From the NCBI GenBank assembly GCA_044227805.1, contig JBGAWA010000011.1, forward strand, positions 1 through 61,371: DNA of 61,371 nt. The letters are read 5' to 3'. Every line of letters starts with the position of its first letter. Position 1 is the first letter of the stretch. The translations under genes were made by a program, and so were the position numbers. Under the pieces are notes generated by a model. It was not told where the DNA came from, searched no databases, and was given only the letters and a program-made list of their open reading frames with translations. Below are positions 1-11,833 of this stretch, piece after piece. This stretch comes from Chitinophagales bacterium (lineage in GTDB: Bacteria > Bacteroidota > Bacteroidia > Chitinophagales > UBA10324).

Positions 1-3000
1 CTCCTGTAGGGGTTGCTTTTACATTGATCACTATGGTATTGGTATCTGTACAACCGCTTGGCGCCTGCGTTACTACGGTGTAGGTATTGTTGCCGGCTGC
101 GGTAGGTGTAACAGTTACATCACCGGTGATATTATTCAATCCGGAATAGGTAGTGGCAGGTATGGAACCCGAACCACCGGAATATGTATGTGAGAAGTTA
201 CCTACAACGTTGCTGTAAATATTAAGAGCAAAGGAGGTAAGCGTGGGTTGATCACCGCTGGCATCATCCGCTACGAATAATGTCCATTGGCCATCAACAG
301 GGCAACCGCTGATGGCAGTGGCAGGCAGTGAATAAGATCCAGATCCCGTACCGCTGGCGAGTCCGGGCGCGGTGTTATAAAGACCTTCAGTCCTGTAAGG
401 ACCAACCCCTACTGTTGCGGAGGTTATTGTATTAATGTTCGTGGTGGCATCTGTAGCCAGTATGGTACCGGCATAACCGGTGGAACCGGAACCGGCACCA
501 TTGTCAGTACTTAATTCCAAAGTGCCGCAGGAAGAAGGACCCACTAAATACATGTCCACATCATTGTTCCAGGTGGTGGAAATTGAAACCGTCACCTTCA
601 CAATGCTGGAGGCATCAATAGTTGCCGCTCCGGCGCCTGAAAGGGTGAGGTTGGTATTCAGACCGGTTAGCGAGTTGTCGGGTACCAATGAACTGATGGT
701 GCCGGTGGAAGCAGAAACATTGTAAGGCGGCATACCGGGAATACCGGCAGTGGCCGTGGTGGAAAGGATGGTTGGTTCACCAAGACAAATGATAGATGGT
801 ATGCCGATAGCACTGGCTACTACTTCTGGATTCACCGTTAGTACTTTAGCGGAAGAGGTGGTGGTACAGGTGAAGGAAGTAACTTTTACTGCATAGCTGC
901 CTGCTGCGGTGGCTGCATAAGTAGCATTGGTGGCGCCAATGATGTCATTGCCGTTCAGCGTCCATTGGTAGGTGGGTGTGGCCGCATCAGTGGTGGCATG
1001 ATAAAGTTGTGCATTAGGCGCGCAAACGGAAAGCGGTGTGGCTTCTGTAATGCTGGCTGTTGGGACGGCGTATATTTTCAGGTTAAATACATTGTCAGTA
1101 GTATCCTTGCTTAAATCAGCTGAGCAATTAATGATACACCGGTACCAGATGGTATCGGCCGGTGTGGTCAGTGAAACAGCCTGTGTGGCTGCTGTGCCAA
1201 GGTTAACAGGACTGGTGAAGGCAGCATCCTGTGAGGATTGCCATTGGTAGGTAATTGTGATACCGGTGTTTACGCCGGTGATGGATAAGGTGGAGGAACC
1301 GCTGCCGCAGAATGACCTGCATTGGTAGCGCTTACATTACCGGCAACCACTGCACCGCAGGACGGCGGTGCGAATTCATCACTGCCGATATCCGTTGCAC
1401 GGGTGTCGCAGTCAATATCATCCGTAACAGATACGGTGATAGCAGCATCATTCAATGGTAATTGGTTGCATTAGCAGCTACAAGGTGTAAGTCGGATGGA
1501 ATGAAGCAAACACCGGATCAACCTGTAAGGTAGTCTGACTGGGATTGGGTGCTGAACCGGCACCATCACGTCCTGTTTCTGTAGTCCAGTTCGCCAGAGA
1601 TGTTCTTGATGTGCCCACCGTTCCACCGGTAATACCAATCTGGTAAGTTCCGGGTCCAGCACCGGTACAAACAAAGTTGTTGTGATCGGATGTGATGCCT
1701 GCGTAATTACCTACTGTGGAAGAATAGTTGAGCGATACACAAGCAAATTTCACCGTGGCACTTGTATTACCGAGTTGTTTATTGACAAGAATGTTGTTGC
1801 GCAACTCTACCGAGGTAGGAGCAGAAGAAGCCGTTACCGCTACGCAGGCTTCTGTTTGAGTAGCAGCTGTGGCACCGGCAATCGTTCCTTGCATCATCAC
1901 CGTGTTATAATAAAGTTTTGTGGTCGATCCTGTTCCGCCACCGAGTATGATACCTGCACCAAAATCGCCAGAAGTACCATTCGCCATAACTCCGCTGACC
2001 ATGTTGTTGGCCAGGATGCTGGTGCCTGAAGTGGCCGCCGCAACGGCGATACCAACAGCAGAGAAAGTTCCTGAATTCACGACACTACCAATGGTATTCT
2101 TAGTTACCGTGGCATTGGTTACTTCATTACCGCTAGCAGTAGTGGTGCTCACCGATGTACCCATTCCCAATGAAATACCAAAGACATCCGGTGATCCGGC
2201 TTGTGCGATGTTGGAAACATTATTCCTCGAAATTGTGATGTTATTTTCAAAACCTACCCAGATACCACCCCTAGTATTCGCGCTGGTATTGATGAGGTTC
2301 TGATTGATAACTGTGCCCTGGTTTTTGGTTCCTGTGCTTAAACCTTGCGAGTAGATGCCATACTGCACACCGCTGATGTTATTATTTATATAAGAGTTGC
2401 CGTTGTTACTGGTACCGAGACTGGATGTACTGATAGAGGTCGAACCGCAACCCACACCAAATAAGGTCTGCGTTACGCCGCTGCCGGTCAGGTTACAATT
2501 CATGATGGTATTATTGGTGGCACCATCGCCACCTGCCGTTGTCTGCAACCATACCACTGCACTGGATGTCCCGGCATTGGTATTTGATTGTCAGATCACG
2601 GCTGGCCGCTACATTGGGGCAAACGGTATTGGAAGTAACGGAAGTGGATCCGTCAATCACCACATTATCCGCTCCGTTGATGGTAATCAGTGCTGAAGCA
2701 CTGGAACCTGTTAAGGTTGCTGTAACGGTTGGCTTAATGGTAAGTGTATAAGGACCGGCACTGCAACCGTTGTAATTGATGGGATTCAGTGTAACGGCAT
2801 TTGTTTCCGTAACGCTGGCGTCAATGATATTGGCCGTCACATTACCTGACATGCCACTTGTATTAATCGCCAGGAAGAGACTGCTGGCCGCGCCACTGAG
2901 ACTGGTGTAGGTGCCTGACGCTCCGATCGTTACCGTGCCGCTTAAACCTGCTGCAATAATGGTATAGCTGGATGGCGTACCACCGATGGAAGTTACACCC

Positions 3001-6000
3001 TGTGCCTGTAAATCTACCGTGGTGGGTGTAGCGCCAACAAATGTTCCGGCATTGATGCCCACATTCGGCGAAGCAGCACTATCTGAGGCTACCACAAAAT
3101 ACTGAATCACATCCCCTGCCGTTACAGCGGCTTGCAGCAATGCATAGTTGGTAGTGAAACTAAACGGAGAAGCGGAGTTGGAAGCTTCCACGTACTTCCA
3201 GCCATTATTAGCTGATGTGTTTCCAGTAAATGCATTGGCATCTGTTGATTTCTTAAAGTACAATCTTGGCTTGCTGCCGGCGGCAGTCTTCACGCCGCTT
3301 GCATCGGTAATAGTGGACGACAAATTCCTGTCTGAGTACAGAAGTATTACCCAAAGCTGTATGCAATAGCGGGTCCTGTAAGGTCAGCGGCAATACCGTC
3401 AAATTCATCTGCTCCCATATCCGGTGCAGTACCACCTGAAGGAAATCCGGCAGTACCTCCGGGATATCCGGCACTTCCAAATCGAATGTGGCCATCATAG
3501 TCATCGGTCACGGTGGGTGAAAAGACTTGCCGCGCCACTTTCAACCTGAGTGGTTAAACCTGCCACCATGTGAAGGAATACCGAACTCGATCCTGTTAAA
3601 CTTTGGAAGAAAACACCCGGTGTTGTTGAAACAGTTTCGGTAACGGATGCCTGATCTCGTGTTGACATGAAAGCTTTATAGGATCCGGCCCCCGACATCA
3701 CACTGAAGGGATTGGTGAAGGTGGACTGTTCCTTCAACATAAATCAGTCGGGTAGCGCCCGGAGTGCCTGCATAAACAGGTTATTGTTTGATGAAGTGGT
3801 ATAGTTAGCTGGAATAGTCCCTGCCGTACGGTTCTTCTTAATGCAGCGGCGTTGGTTGCACCGTTAAATGAAAGAAAGATTAACAATGATGTTATTGCGC
3901 AGATTTAAGGTACCTGAAGTGGAAAGAAAACACCGCTGCTGCTGAAGAGGGCACCACCACTGGAAGCATTCAGGTAAACTGTATTATAATAAACATTATT
4001 AGTGGTACCACTTGATGCATTTATTCCAATAGCAACATTGGCTGCATTGGCAGCCGTAGCCACTATCAGATCGCCCATAATTATTATACACATTATTCAT
4101 CGTACCCATATTAATACCCTGACCTGTTGGGGTTTGTACTTGTTGTGGACAGATCATAAATTTTATTTTTGAACACATTATTCGTAGTGCCGCTTGAAAA
4201 AGTGATACCAACCACCAATCCGCCGGCACCCCCTGTTGTACCCGTGCTGTTCAACGCATAAATCTGGTTTCCGCTGTATTCATTGGTAGAGCCGGTGGAT
4301 TCAGAAATCCCTCTATGTGGCACCACCTGCACCTCCTGCAGTTGTGGAGAAATTATAAGATCTGGTTATTCTGGTAGGTCTTCAATCCGAAGTAACGCCA
4401 AATTCAGTGATACCAGTAATTGTACCAGTCGATGTGGCTGTTTCGTTACGGATTACGGCATTCGTAACCGTGACATTTACAGCAAGAAGAAAAACTGTAA
4501 ATCGCATCTATGCTTCCTGTAGAGCAGCCGTTGTCCAGCTTAATCCATCCACCCGTATCCGCATTGGCAATAAAGTTAGTCAGGCTGTCATTTTAATTCC
4601 GCGCCATAGACCACTTGTGCCAGATCTACTTAAATTATAAACTTTTTATTATTATTTACATTCACAGTAACCGAACCGGTTTCAATCATTACATGTGTTC
4701 CAGTACCTGCTAATGAATTTGCAGCAGTACCGCTAATCTTATTGCCGTTAATATTTATCGTTGTTGCAGTTGAGCTATTGAGTATTCCATTAAACACACC
4801 GGATGTTGCTGTCGTGTAACCACATTGTATGACGTTATTACTGATACTTACAGTATTAGAAAGGGCTGTGGATCTATTGCATTTTTCGATCGCACTAGTA
4901 TTTGTAGTTGCTGCACTGAATTGTAATTATATTATTAATAGTGGCATTTGCACTCGTACCAGCTTGCGCATAGATTCCACGCAAAGATTTGTGGCATGGT
5001 TTACACCGGCTCCGTTATTATTGTTTACCGTGTTAAAGATATGTTGACACTCCATTGGATTTATTAGCACGGATACCTGCTGAAAATTGTTAGCCCCCTC
5101 CAAAGTTTAAAATAGAATTACCGGTAGCCGAAGAACTTCTACCCACATCATTCCCTAAATCACCCAGGAAAGTGGTGGCTGTAGGCGTGGGGCCGACACC
5201 TGAACTCGCCCCGCAAAACCTGAAAGGCCAATGCCATAGTTACCTCCATTGATTGTGTTTGCGTAAAACCTGTTACCTGAATTAGTACCATTAATTGGAA
5301 GTGTTCCTCCATTGGTGGGAGTAAAGAGAATTGGTTACACCAGTGGCTGTTGAATTAATTACGAGGATTCCCACTGAACCTTCAATCATTGGAGAAGTAC
5401 TACTAGCATTGGTATCACTGTGCAAAGGTGCAGTTCTGAATTGTATTGTTAATACATCCATCGCCGGCGCCCGCTTTAAATAAAGCCACTCCAAATTCCA
5501 TGGTCGCAGGATTGGTCACATTACCATCTGTGAAGGTGAGCCCGTCTAACGTTATATAATCTGCACCTCTAATGCTGATGATTCCATCCGGTGCTGCACT
5601 GGTAGGCGTTGCGGTACCCACACCGGCATTTATTGTTACGGTTCCTGATGCTTTAATAAAAAGTCACCGTATTGGTAGCACTCAAAGTTGGGTTTAACGT
5701 TGCACTTCCGATTACTATGCCAGTCGGCGCTGCTGTTTTCACTGTATCCTGAAATTGAACATCTCCGGTACCGGTAACTCCATTTGTATTAATGTAATTA
5801 ACCGCAGCCGCTATCGTCGCGAAGCAACCCGGAATAGCATAATTACCAACCGGCAATGCACCCGACAATGAACCGCAGTAGTTAAAAGTCGCTTTGTAGT
5901 TGCTGCCGCTGTTATTGAGGAACTGTGTGCCTAAAGTAGTGGCCTCCTCGGAAAATATTTCAATGGTATAATTGGCAGGTGTCAGTCCTGAAAGTACGTT

Positions 6001-6582
6001 GATGCCTAAGGAGATATCTTTCCATTGCTGATCTTGTCCGCCACAGCCATTGGCGCCGCCGCTGGAGAAGCCGATATTACTTTGTGTGAAAGAGCCGGGC
6101 GTGGTGCCGGTTTTATAAATCCTGTATTTGAGTGTAGTACTGGTGATATCGGCGCCGCCGCATTTATACACGTTGTGCTCCGCGCCTTTCAGCACCAGCG
6201 TATTCGCGCCGCTGAAATTACCAAGGTTGGCGCCGGACAGTGATGGGTTGGCACCGCAACTGGTATTGCTGGGCATGCAGTAATATGTATCACCGCCGCC
6301 GTTGATGCTGAACACGGCATACGAACTGTTGAAGCCCGCCGATTGGGCAAAGCCTGTTTGCACACCGGCTCCGATCAATAAAGCCCAAACAAAAAAAGCA
6401 GCCACCACGAAGGATACTGCTTTTCTCCATCCACTTCCGGTGGAATAGTTGGAATCGGGTGTTGTGAGAGCAACATTTGCCGGCATGCTATTGCCAGTCG
6501 TGTTCGTGTAACTATTTCTCATGGTGTTCTGGTTTTTGCGGGTAGAAGTAGCGCTCAAAAGGGAGGAGTAAAAATGCTGCAT
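1..6582 (-). CDS. Giant secreted/surface protein (>2100 aa, partial): N-terminal domain, two parallel beta-helix modules, Ig-like domains and a proprotein-convertase P-like domain; broken by multiple frameshifts
   Basis: Consecutive minus-strand fragments (5653-6582, 5415-5621, 4111-4332, 3905-4093, 3501-3740, 3347-3544, 2511-3323, 1478-2557, 1270-1455, then to base 1) read as one T/S/G/N-rich protein. The signal peptide ends in ...TGFA|Q. Module motifs are duplicated (GADYITLDG/GADNVVIDG; DMGADEF/DIGSDEF). Around 230-720 the minus strand reads ..VTVSISTTWNNDVDMYLVGP..GQWTLFVADDASGD.., which is P-domain-like. The C-terminus lies outside the window. Confidence 0.7.
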
Positions 6583-6823
6583 GGAAAAAAATTAAAGGAT
6601 TACAATGTTAGAAGTACGGTGTATGAAAGGCCGGCAAACAGCGGCGAATGATTCAGGGTGGTGATTAAAAATTACGGCTCCGCAACTGCAAGACAGTTGG
6701 CGTTGCAATGCAAACGACACTAAATGAAGAGGCGTAAAATTTTCCTTCATTCTCTTAATTTACCTAGGATGTGATGGCTTAAAAAATACATCCGTTCAGG
6801 GATGCCGGTGTTTAATAAGCCAT

Positions 6824-6831
6824 CAAACGTA
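6824..6831 (-). promoter_or_regulatory. Bacteroidota sigma-A -7 element (TACGTTTG)
   Basis: Matches TAnnTTTG on the minus strand, about 240 nt upstream of the giant secreted gene. Confidence 0.4.
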
Positions 6832-7221
6832 ACCCTTTATTATTCTAAAAAAAATACAATTCTATGACACATTCTTACCAATTACACCGATTGAAGGCTG
6901 TTTGCATCAGGAGATGAGCGTTTTGAAGAATGAAAAATGCAAATAATACGAGTTACCGGCTATAGCTTTCAGTCGTTGCATAGCATGTTATATTATTGTT
7001 ATGCGAAGCAAAGAGCAGATGAAAAGATGGGTGAAAAAAATTTCCGGTGTTCCACCAAACCGCAGTGGCAACGGTTTCGCTGCGCTGTTGTTGGTCTTCA
7101 TTGAGTCATGCGCCTGGCATGCACCAACAAATCAACAACTCAAAAAGTCAATAAAAGTGACAACAGGGATCATCAGCGGCGGAACGACCCACAACGCCGG
7201 AGAATAACACGACCTGCATTG

Positions 7222-8211
7222 CTATTTGCTTCCTTCCAGTATCCTGATATAGTTAGCCCGCTCATAAGCGGTAGGATCGGATATGTATTGCTGGCTCATG
7301 ATACCTTTCACGGTGGCAACAGAGGGGAAGCCATTCAACTCCAGCCATGCCTCCAGCTCTTTATTCATGGTGCTGATGACATCAATACCGTTTTTATACA
7401 AGGCTGAAGCGGTCATGGCCACATCGGCGCCGGCGAGCAGGTACTTGATGACCTCCACCGCGCTCTGAACGCCGGTAGTGGCGCCCAAGGAAAGCGGAAC
7501 CCTTCCATAGAGCATGGCAATCCACAGCAATGGCAGCCTGATCTCATTCGGCTCGCTGTACTGCAGGTTGTGACGGATCTTGAATTCGCTGATGTCGAAG
7601 TCGGGCTGATAAAAACGGTTGAACAACACCAGGGCATTGGCGCCGGCCTGTTGCAGTTTCATGGCCATATTACCCATGGAGCTGAAATACGGATTGAGCT
7701 TCACCGCAACGGGAATCTTCACCGTCGTCTTCACCATCTCCACGATATGCACATAACGGTGCTCAACGGCGGCGGCGGCCATGTTCACATCGCCGGGAAT
7801 GAAAAAGATATTGATCTCCAGCGCGTCGGCACCCGCCTGTTCCATATCGCGGGCATAGGTGATCCACCCTTCCGGCGTGACGCCGTTAAGGCTGCCGATG
7901 ACAGGTATGTTCACCCTTTCCTTCGCCTTGCGGATGTGCTCCAGGTACTGATCGGTGCCGAGATGATATTCATCAAGGTCGGGGAAGAAGCCGGAAGCCT
8001 CGGCAAACTGATTGGTAGTCGAGCCCTTGATGGAATTGTAATGCGCCGTTTCCTTCTTGATCTGTTCTTCAAACAGGGAAAAAAGCACTACGGCGCCAGC
8101 GCCCGCATCTTCCATCTTTACGATGTTGCTGATCTCCTCCGAAAGGCTGCAGGCTGATACCACCACCGGTGAAGATAGCGTAAGCCCCATGTAGGTTGAC
8201 TGTAGGTTCAT
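7222..8211 (-). CDS. Dihydroorotate dehydrogenase-like FMN protein
   Basis: MNLQSTYMGLTLSSPVVVSA, GAGAVVL.SLFEEQI, VAVKLNPYFS, LVLFNRFYQPD, KYLLAGAD. The catalytic SCPN loop is absent (LEINIFFIP). Confidence 0.85.
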   Translation of the reverse strand: MNLQSTYMGLTLSSPVVVSACSLSEEISNIVKMEDAGAGAVVLFSLFEEQIKKETAHYNSIKGSTTNQFAEASGFFPDLDEYHLGTDQYLEHIRKAKERVNIPVIGSLNGVTPEGWITYARDMEQAGADALEINIFFIPGDVNMAAAAVEHRYVHIVEMVKTTVKIPVAVKLNPYFSSMGNMAMKLQQAGANALVLFNRFYQPDFDISEFKIRHNLQYSEPNEIRLPLLWIAMLYGRVPLSLGATTGVQSAVEVIKYLLAGADVAMTASALYKNGIDVISTMNKELEAWLELNGFPSVATVKGIMSQQYISDPTAYERANYIRILEGSK

Positions 8212-8232
8212 GGTCGGGTTTTCATTTTTTGT

Positions 8233-11200
8233 TTAGGCGACAGGCACAAAATCACTGGCGCTCTTGGTGGCCAGCTCTTCATAGTTTTTCCAGCGCAGGT
8301 TCACCATCTCCTGTGCCAGCGACATCAGCGAGGCCGCCTCTTCCGGATTGGTGAGGGTGAGTACTTTGTAGCGAAGCTCATTGTAAGCAAACTCCTTCAG
8401 TGGTATCACCGGCCGTGTGGAATCGAGTATAAACGGGTTAAGTTTCTTTGTTCTCAGCACAGGGTTGTACCGCAACAAAGGCCAGTAGCCGCTCGACACT
8501 GCTTTGTTTTGCTGCGACAATCCATCTTTCAGATCATATCCGTGCGCGATGCAATGGCTGTAAGCCAGTATCAGCGACGGACCGTCGTACGCTTCGGCTT
8601 CCCGCATGGCCAGCAAAGCCTGCTGCGGGTTGGCGCCGAAGGCAATCCTGGCGACATATACATTGCCATAAGAGATGGCTTGCATGGCAAGATCTTTCTT
8701 ACCTCCGCGCTTGCCGGCAGCCGCGAATTTGGCCGTCGCAGCCGTGGGCGTCGCCTTAGAGCTTTGTCCGCCGGTGTTGCTATAAACTTCCGTATCCAGC
8801 ACCAGGATGTTGATGTTTCTGCCGGTGGCCAGCGCGTGATCGAGGCCGCCGTAGCCGATATCATAGGCCCAGCCGTCGCCGCCGACAAGCCATACGCTGC
8901 GACGTACCAACTGATCGGCGACACTCAACAGGTGGCTGGCGGCATCGCCGGGTATGGCGGCCAGCTTTTGTTTCAGCTCCTGCACCCTTTTTCGTTGCGC
9001 GGCGATGTCGGATTCATGAATTTGTGGGGCGGTCAATATTTCCTGCACCACCTCAGCCCCCAAAACAGGCTCGAGCTGCTTCAGCACATTGCCGGCCATC
9101 ACCAGTTGCTGATCCGCCGTGATGCGCATGCCGAGACCAAACTCCGCATTGTCTTCGAATAAAGAGTTAGACCAGGCAGGCCCCTGACCCTGCCGGTTGA
9201 CCGTCCAGGGTGTGGTAGGCAGGTTGCCACCATAGATGGAGGAACAACCCGTGGCATTGGCCACCAGCAGCCGGTCGCCGAAGAGTTGCGAGAGCAACTT
9301 AAGGTATGGTGTTTCCCCGCAACCTGCACAGGCACCGGAGAACTCAAACAATGGCTCGAGGAATTGGGCGCCATGGACGGTGGAGAAATTAATTTCCGAC
9401 CGGTTATTCCAGGGCAATTGCTCGAAGAAGGCGATGTTGTCTTTCGCCTCCCTGATGATCGGTTCCTTTTCCGCCATGTTGATGGCCTTCACTGAACGGT
9501 TGGTGAGTGATGTGGCAGGGCAAACCTCCACACACAAGTTGCATCCGGTACAATCTTCCGCATACACCTGGAGCGTGTATTTTGTTTCCGGAAAACCGCG
9601 CGCATTGATTGGCGCCGACTGAAAGGCTACCGGCGCGTCTTTCAGAAAATCTTCATGATAAAACTTTGCCCGGATCACGCTGTGCGGACATACATAGGCG
9701 CAGTTGCCGCATTGAATACAGGTGTCAGGCTCCCACACCGGAACCAGGTCGGAGATATTTCTCTTTTCCCACTTCGTGGTACCACTTGGATAGGTGCCAT
9801 CAGGCGACAGCTTACTCACCGGCAAGTCATCGCCATGGCCCGACATCATCACAGCCGTCACCTCCTTCACAAAAGCCGGCGCCGCTGATGATACCACCGG
9901 TTGCGGCGCGGCAGCAGCCGTTACCATGGCAGGAACGGTCATTTCGTACAGGTGAGCGAGCGTGGCGTCAACGGCAGCGAAGTTCTGTTCCACCACTGCT
10001 TTTCCCTTCTTTGAATAAGTTTTTTCGATGGATTGTTTGATCTGGGCGATGGCTTCGTCGCGCGGCAATACGCCGCTCAGCGCGAAGAAACAGGTTTGCA
10101 TAATCGTGTTGATCCGCCCGCTCATGCCGGTATCTCTTGCTACCGAGGTAGCATCAATGATATAGCATTTCAGCTTTTTGTTGATGATGCCGGATTGCAC
10201 CGCTGCAGGCAGGTGGTTCCAGGTTTCTGCGGCTTCATAAGGACTGTTCAGCAGAAACGTACCGCCGGACCTGATCAACTCCAGCATCTCCACTTTTTCC
10301 ACGAAGTTGAACTGATGACAGGCAATGAAATCCGCCTTGCTGATGAGGTAAGGCGCGCGGATCGGGCGTGGCCCAAAGCGAAGGTGGCTGACCGTGCGTG
10401 CCCCGGATTTCTTGGAGTCATATACAAAATATCCCTGCGCGAACAGGTCGGTGTTTTCACCGATGATCTTGATGGTGTTTTTATTCGCGCCCACCGTGCC
10501 ATCGGCGCCGAGGCCGAAGAACAAAGCCTGCCGCCACTCCGACTCGTCGAGCGTGAAGGCGGGATCATACGATAAGCTTGTATGGGTAACATCGTCGTTG
10601 ATGCCAATGGTAAAATGATTTTTGAGAGAAGCCTTTCCGCCGGGAAGCGGAGCCTTCTTCAATTCATCGAAGACACCCTTCACCATGGCAGGCGTAAACT
10701 CTTTGGAAGAAAGTCCGTAACGGCCACCAATCACCTGCGGCAGCTTCTTCAGCCTGCCCTGTTGTAATCCTTCCACTAAAGCAGACAACACATCCTGGTA
10801 CATCGGCTCGCCCGAAGCACCGGACTCCTTGGTGCGGTCGAGCACAGCAATAGATTCCACCGAAGCGGGAAGGGCGTTTAACAAGTGTTCGGTAGAGAAT
10901 GGGCGGTATAAGCGAACCTGAATAACGGCGGTCTTCCCGCCGGCAGCATTCAAAGCGTTCACGGTTTCCGCCACCGTTTCGCCACCGGATCCCATGATGA
11001 TGATAACCTGCTTCGCGTCAGCGGCGCCGGTGAACTGAAAGAGTTCATAGCGGCGGCCGGTAATTTTTTCAAAATCGTGCATCGCAGCTTCCACGATGCC
11101 GGGCGTGCGGTCGTAATAGCCGTTTACCGTTTCACGGCTTTGAAAATAAACATCAGGATTCTGCGCCGTGCCGCGAATGAAAGGATGGTCGGGGTTGAGC

Positions 11201-11829
11201 GCCCTGCCGCGGTGAGCGATAACAAAAGCATCATCTATCATGGACCTGATCTCTTCATCGCTGAGCAGTTGCAGCTTATTCACTTCGTGAGAAGTGCGGA
11301 AGCCATCAAAAAAGTGGATGAAAGGAATTCTCGACTGTAATGTCGCGGCCTGCGCGAGGAGCGCAAAGTCATGCGCTTCCTGCACTCCGGCGGAGGCCAG
11401 CATGGCAAAGCCTGTGGTGCGTGCCGCCATCACATCCTGGTGGTCGCCGAAGATAGAAAGGCCCTGTGCCGCCAGCGAACGGGCCGCTACATGAAAAACG
11501 CAGGCCGTGAGTTCACCGGCAATCTTATACATGTTGGGCAACATCAGCATCAATCCCTGCGACGCGGTGAAGGTGGTGGTGAGAGAGCCCGTTTGGAGAG
11601 CACCATGGACGGTGCCGGCAGCGCCGCCTTCACTCTGCATCTCGATAATGACAGGCACATTGCCCCAGATATTCTTAATGCCTTTGGCGCTCCACTCATC
11701 GGCCAGCTCGGCCATGGTGGAGGAGGGTGTGATGGGATAGATGGCGCACACCTCGTTAACACGATAAGCCACATACGCCGCGGCTTCATTACCATCAATC
11801 ATCGCTATTGCTTTATTGGTTACTGACAT
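8233..11829 (-). CDS. nifJ: Pyruvate:ferredoxin (flavodoxin) oxidoreductase, single-chain
   Basis: IDGNEAAA, YPITPSS, EMQSEGGAAG, GLGADGTVGANK, CIQCGNCAYVCP, CTGCNLCVEVCP, GACAGCGE, GGDGWAYDIG...YSNTGGQ; 1198 aa. Confidence 0.96.
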   Translation of the reverse strand: MSVTNKAIAMIDGNEAAAYVAYRVNEVCAIYPITPSSTMAELADEWSAKGIKNIWGNVPVIIEMQSEGGAAGTVHGALQTGSLTTTFTASQGLMLMLPNMYKIAGELTACVFHVAARSLAAQGLSIFGDHQDVMAARTTGFAMLASAGVQEAHDFALLAQAATLQSRIPFIHFFDGFRTSHEVNKLQLLSDEEIRSMIDDAFVIAHRGRALNPDHPFIRGTAQNPDVYFQSRETVNGYYDRTPGIVEAAMHDFEKITGRRYELFQFTGAADAKQVIIIMGSGGETVAETVNALNAAGGKTAVIQVRLYRPFSTEHLLNALPASVESIAVLDRTKESGASGEPMYQDVLSALVEGLQQGRLKKLPQVIGGRYGLSSKEFTPAMVKGVFDELKKAPLPGGKASLKNHFTIGINDDVTHTSLSYDPAFTLDESEWRQALFFGLGADGTVGANKNTIKIIGENTDLFAQGYFVYDSKKSGARTVSHLRFGPRPIRAPYLISKADFIACHQFNFVEKVEMLELIRSGGTFLLNSPYEAAETWNHLPAAVQSGIINKKLKCYIIDATSVARDTGMSGRINTIMQTCFFALSGVLPRDEAIAQIKQSIEKTYSKKGKAVVEQNFAAVDATLAHLYEMTVPAMVTAAAAPQPVVSSAAPAFVKEVTAVMMSGHGDDLPVSKLSPDGTYPSGTTKWEKRNISDLVPVWEPDTCIQCGNCAYVCPHSVIRAKFYHEDFLKDAPVAFQSAPINARGFPETKYTLQVYAEDCTGCNLCVEVCPATSLTNRSVKAINMAEKEPIIREAKDNIAFFEQLPWNNRSEINFSTVHGAQFLEPLFEFSGACAGCGETPYLKLLSQLFGDRLLVANATGCSSIYGGNLPTTPWTVNRQGQGPAWSNSLFEDNAEFGLGMRITADQQLVMAGNVLKQLEPVLGAEVVQEILTAPQIHESDIAAQRKRVQELKQKLAAIPGDAASHLLSVADQLVRRSVWLVGGDGWAYDIGYGGLDHALATGRNINILVLDTEVYSNTGGQSSKATPTAATAKFAAAGKRGGKKDLAMQAISYGNVYVARIAFGANPQQALLAMREAEAYDGPSLILAYSHCIAHGYDLKDGLSQQNKAVSSGYWPLLRYNPVLRTKKLNPFILDSTRPVIPLKEFAYNELRYKVLTLTNPEEAASLMSLAQEMVNLRWKNYEELATKSASDFVPVA

Positions 11830-11833
11830 GGTA

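Noticed and set aside
6600-7220. Riboswitch or ncRNA in the long intergenic region
   Set aside because: Only short hairpins (e.g. CAACTG-CAAGA-CAGTTG) were seen, with no recognisable riboswitch consensus.
7222-8211. Calling this gene pyrD
   Set aside because: The catalytic Cys/Ser loop is absent and the context is PFOR, not pyrimidine synthesis.
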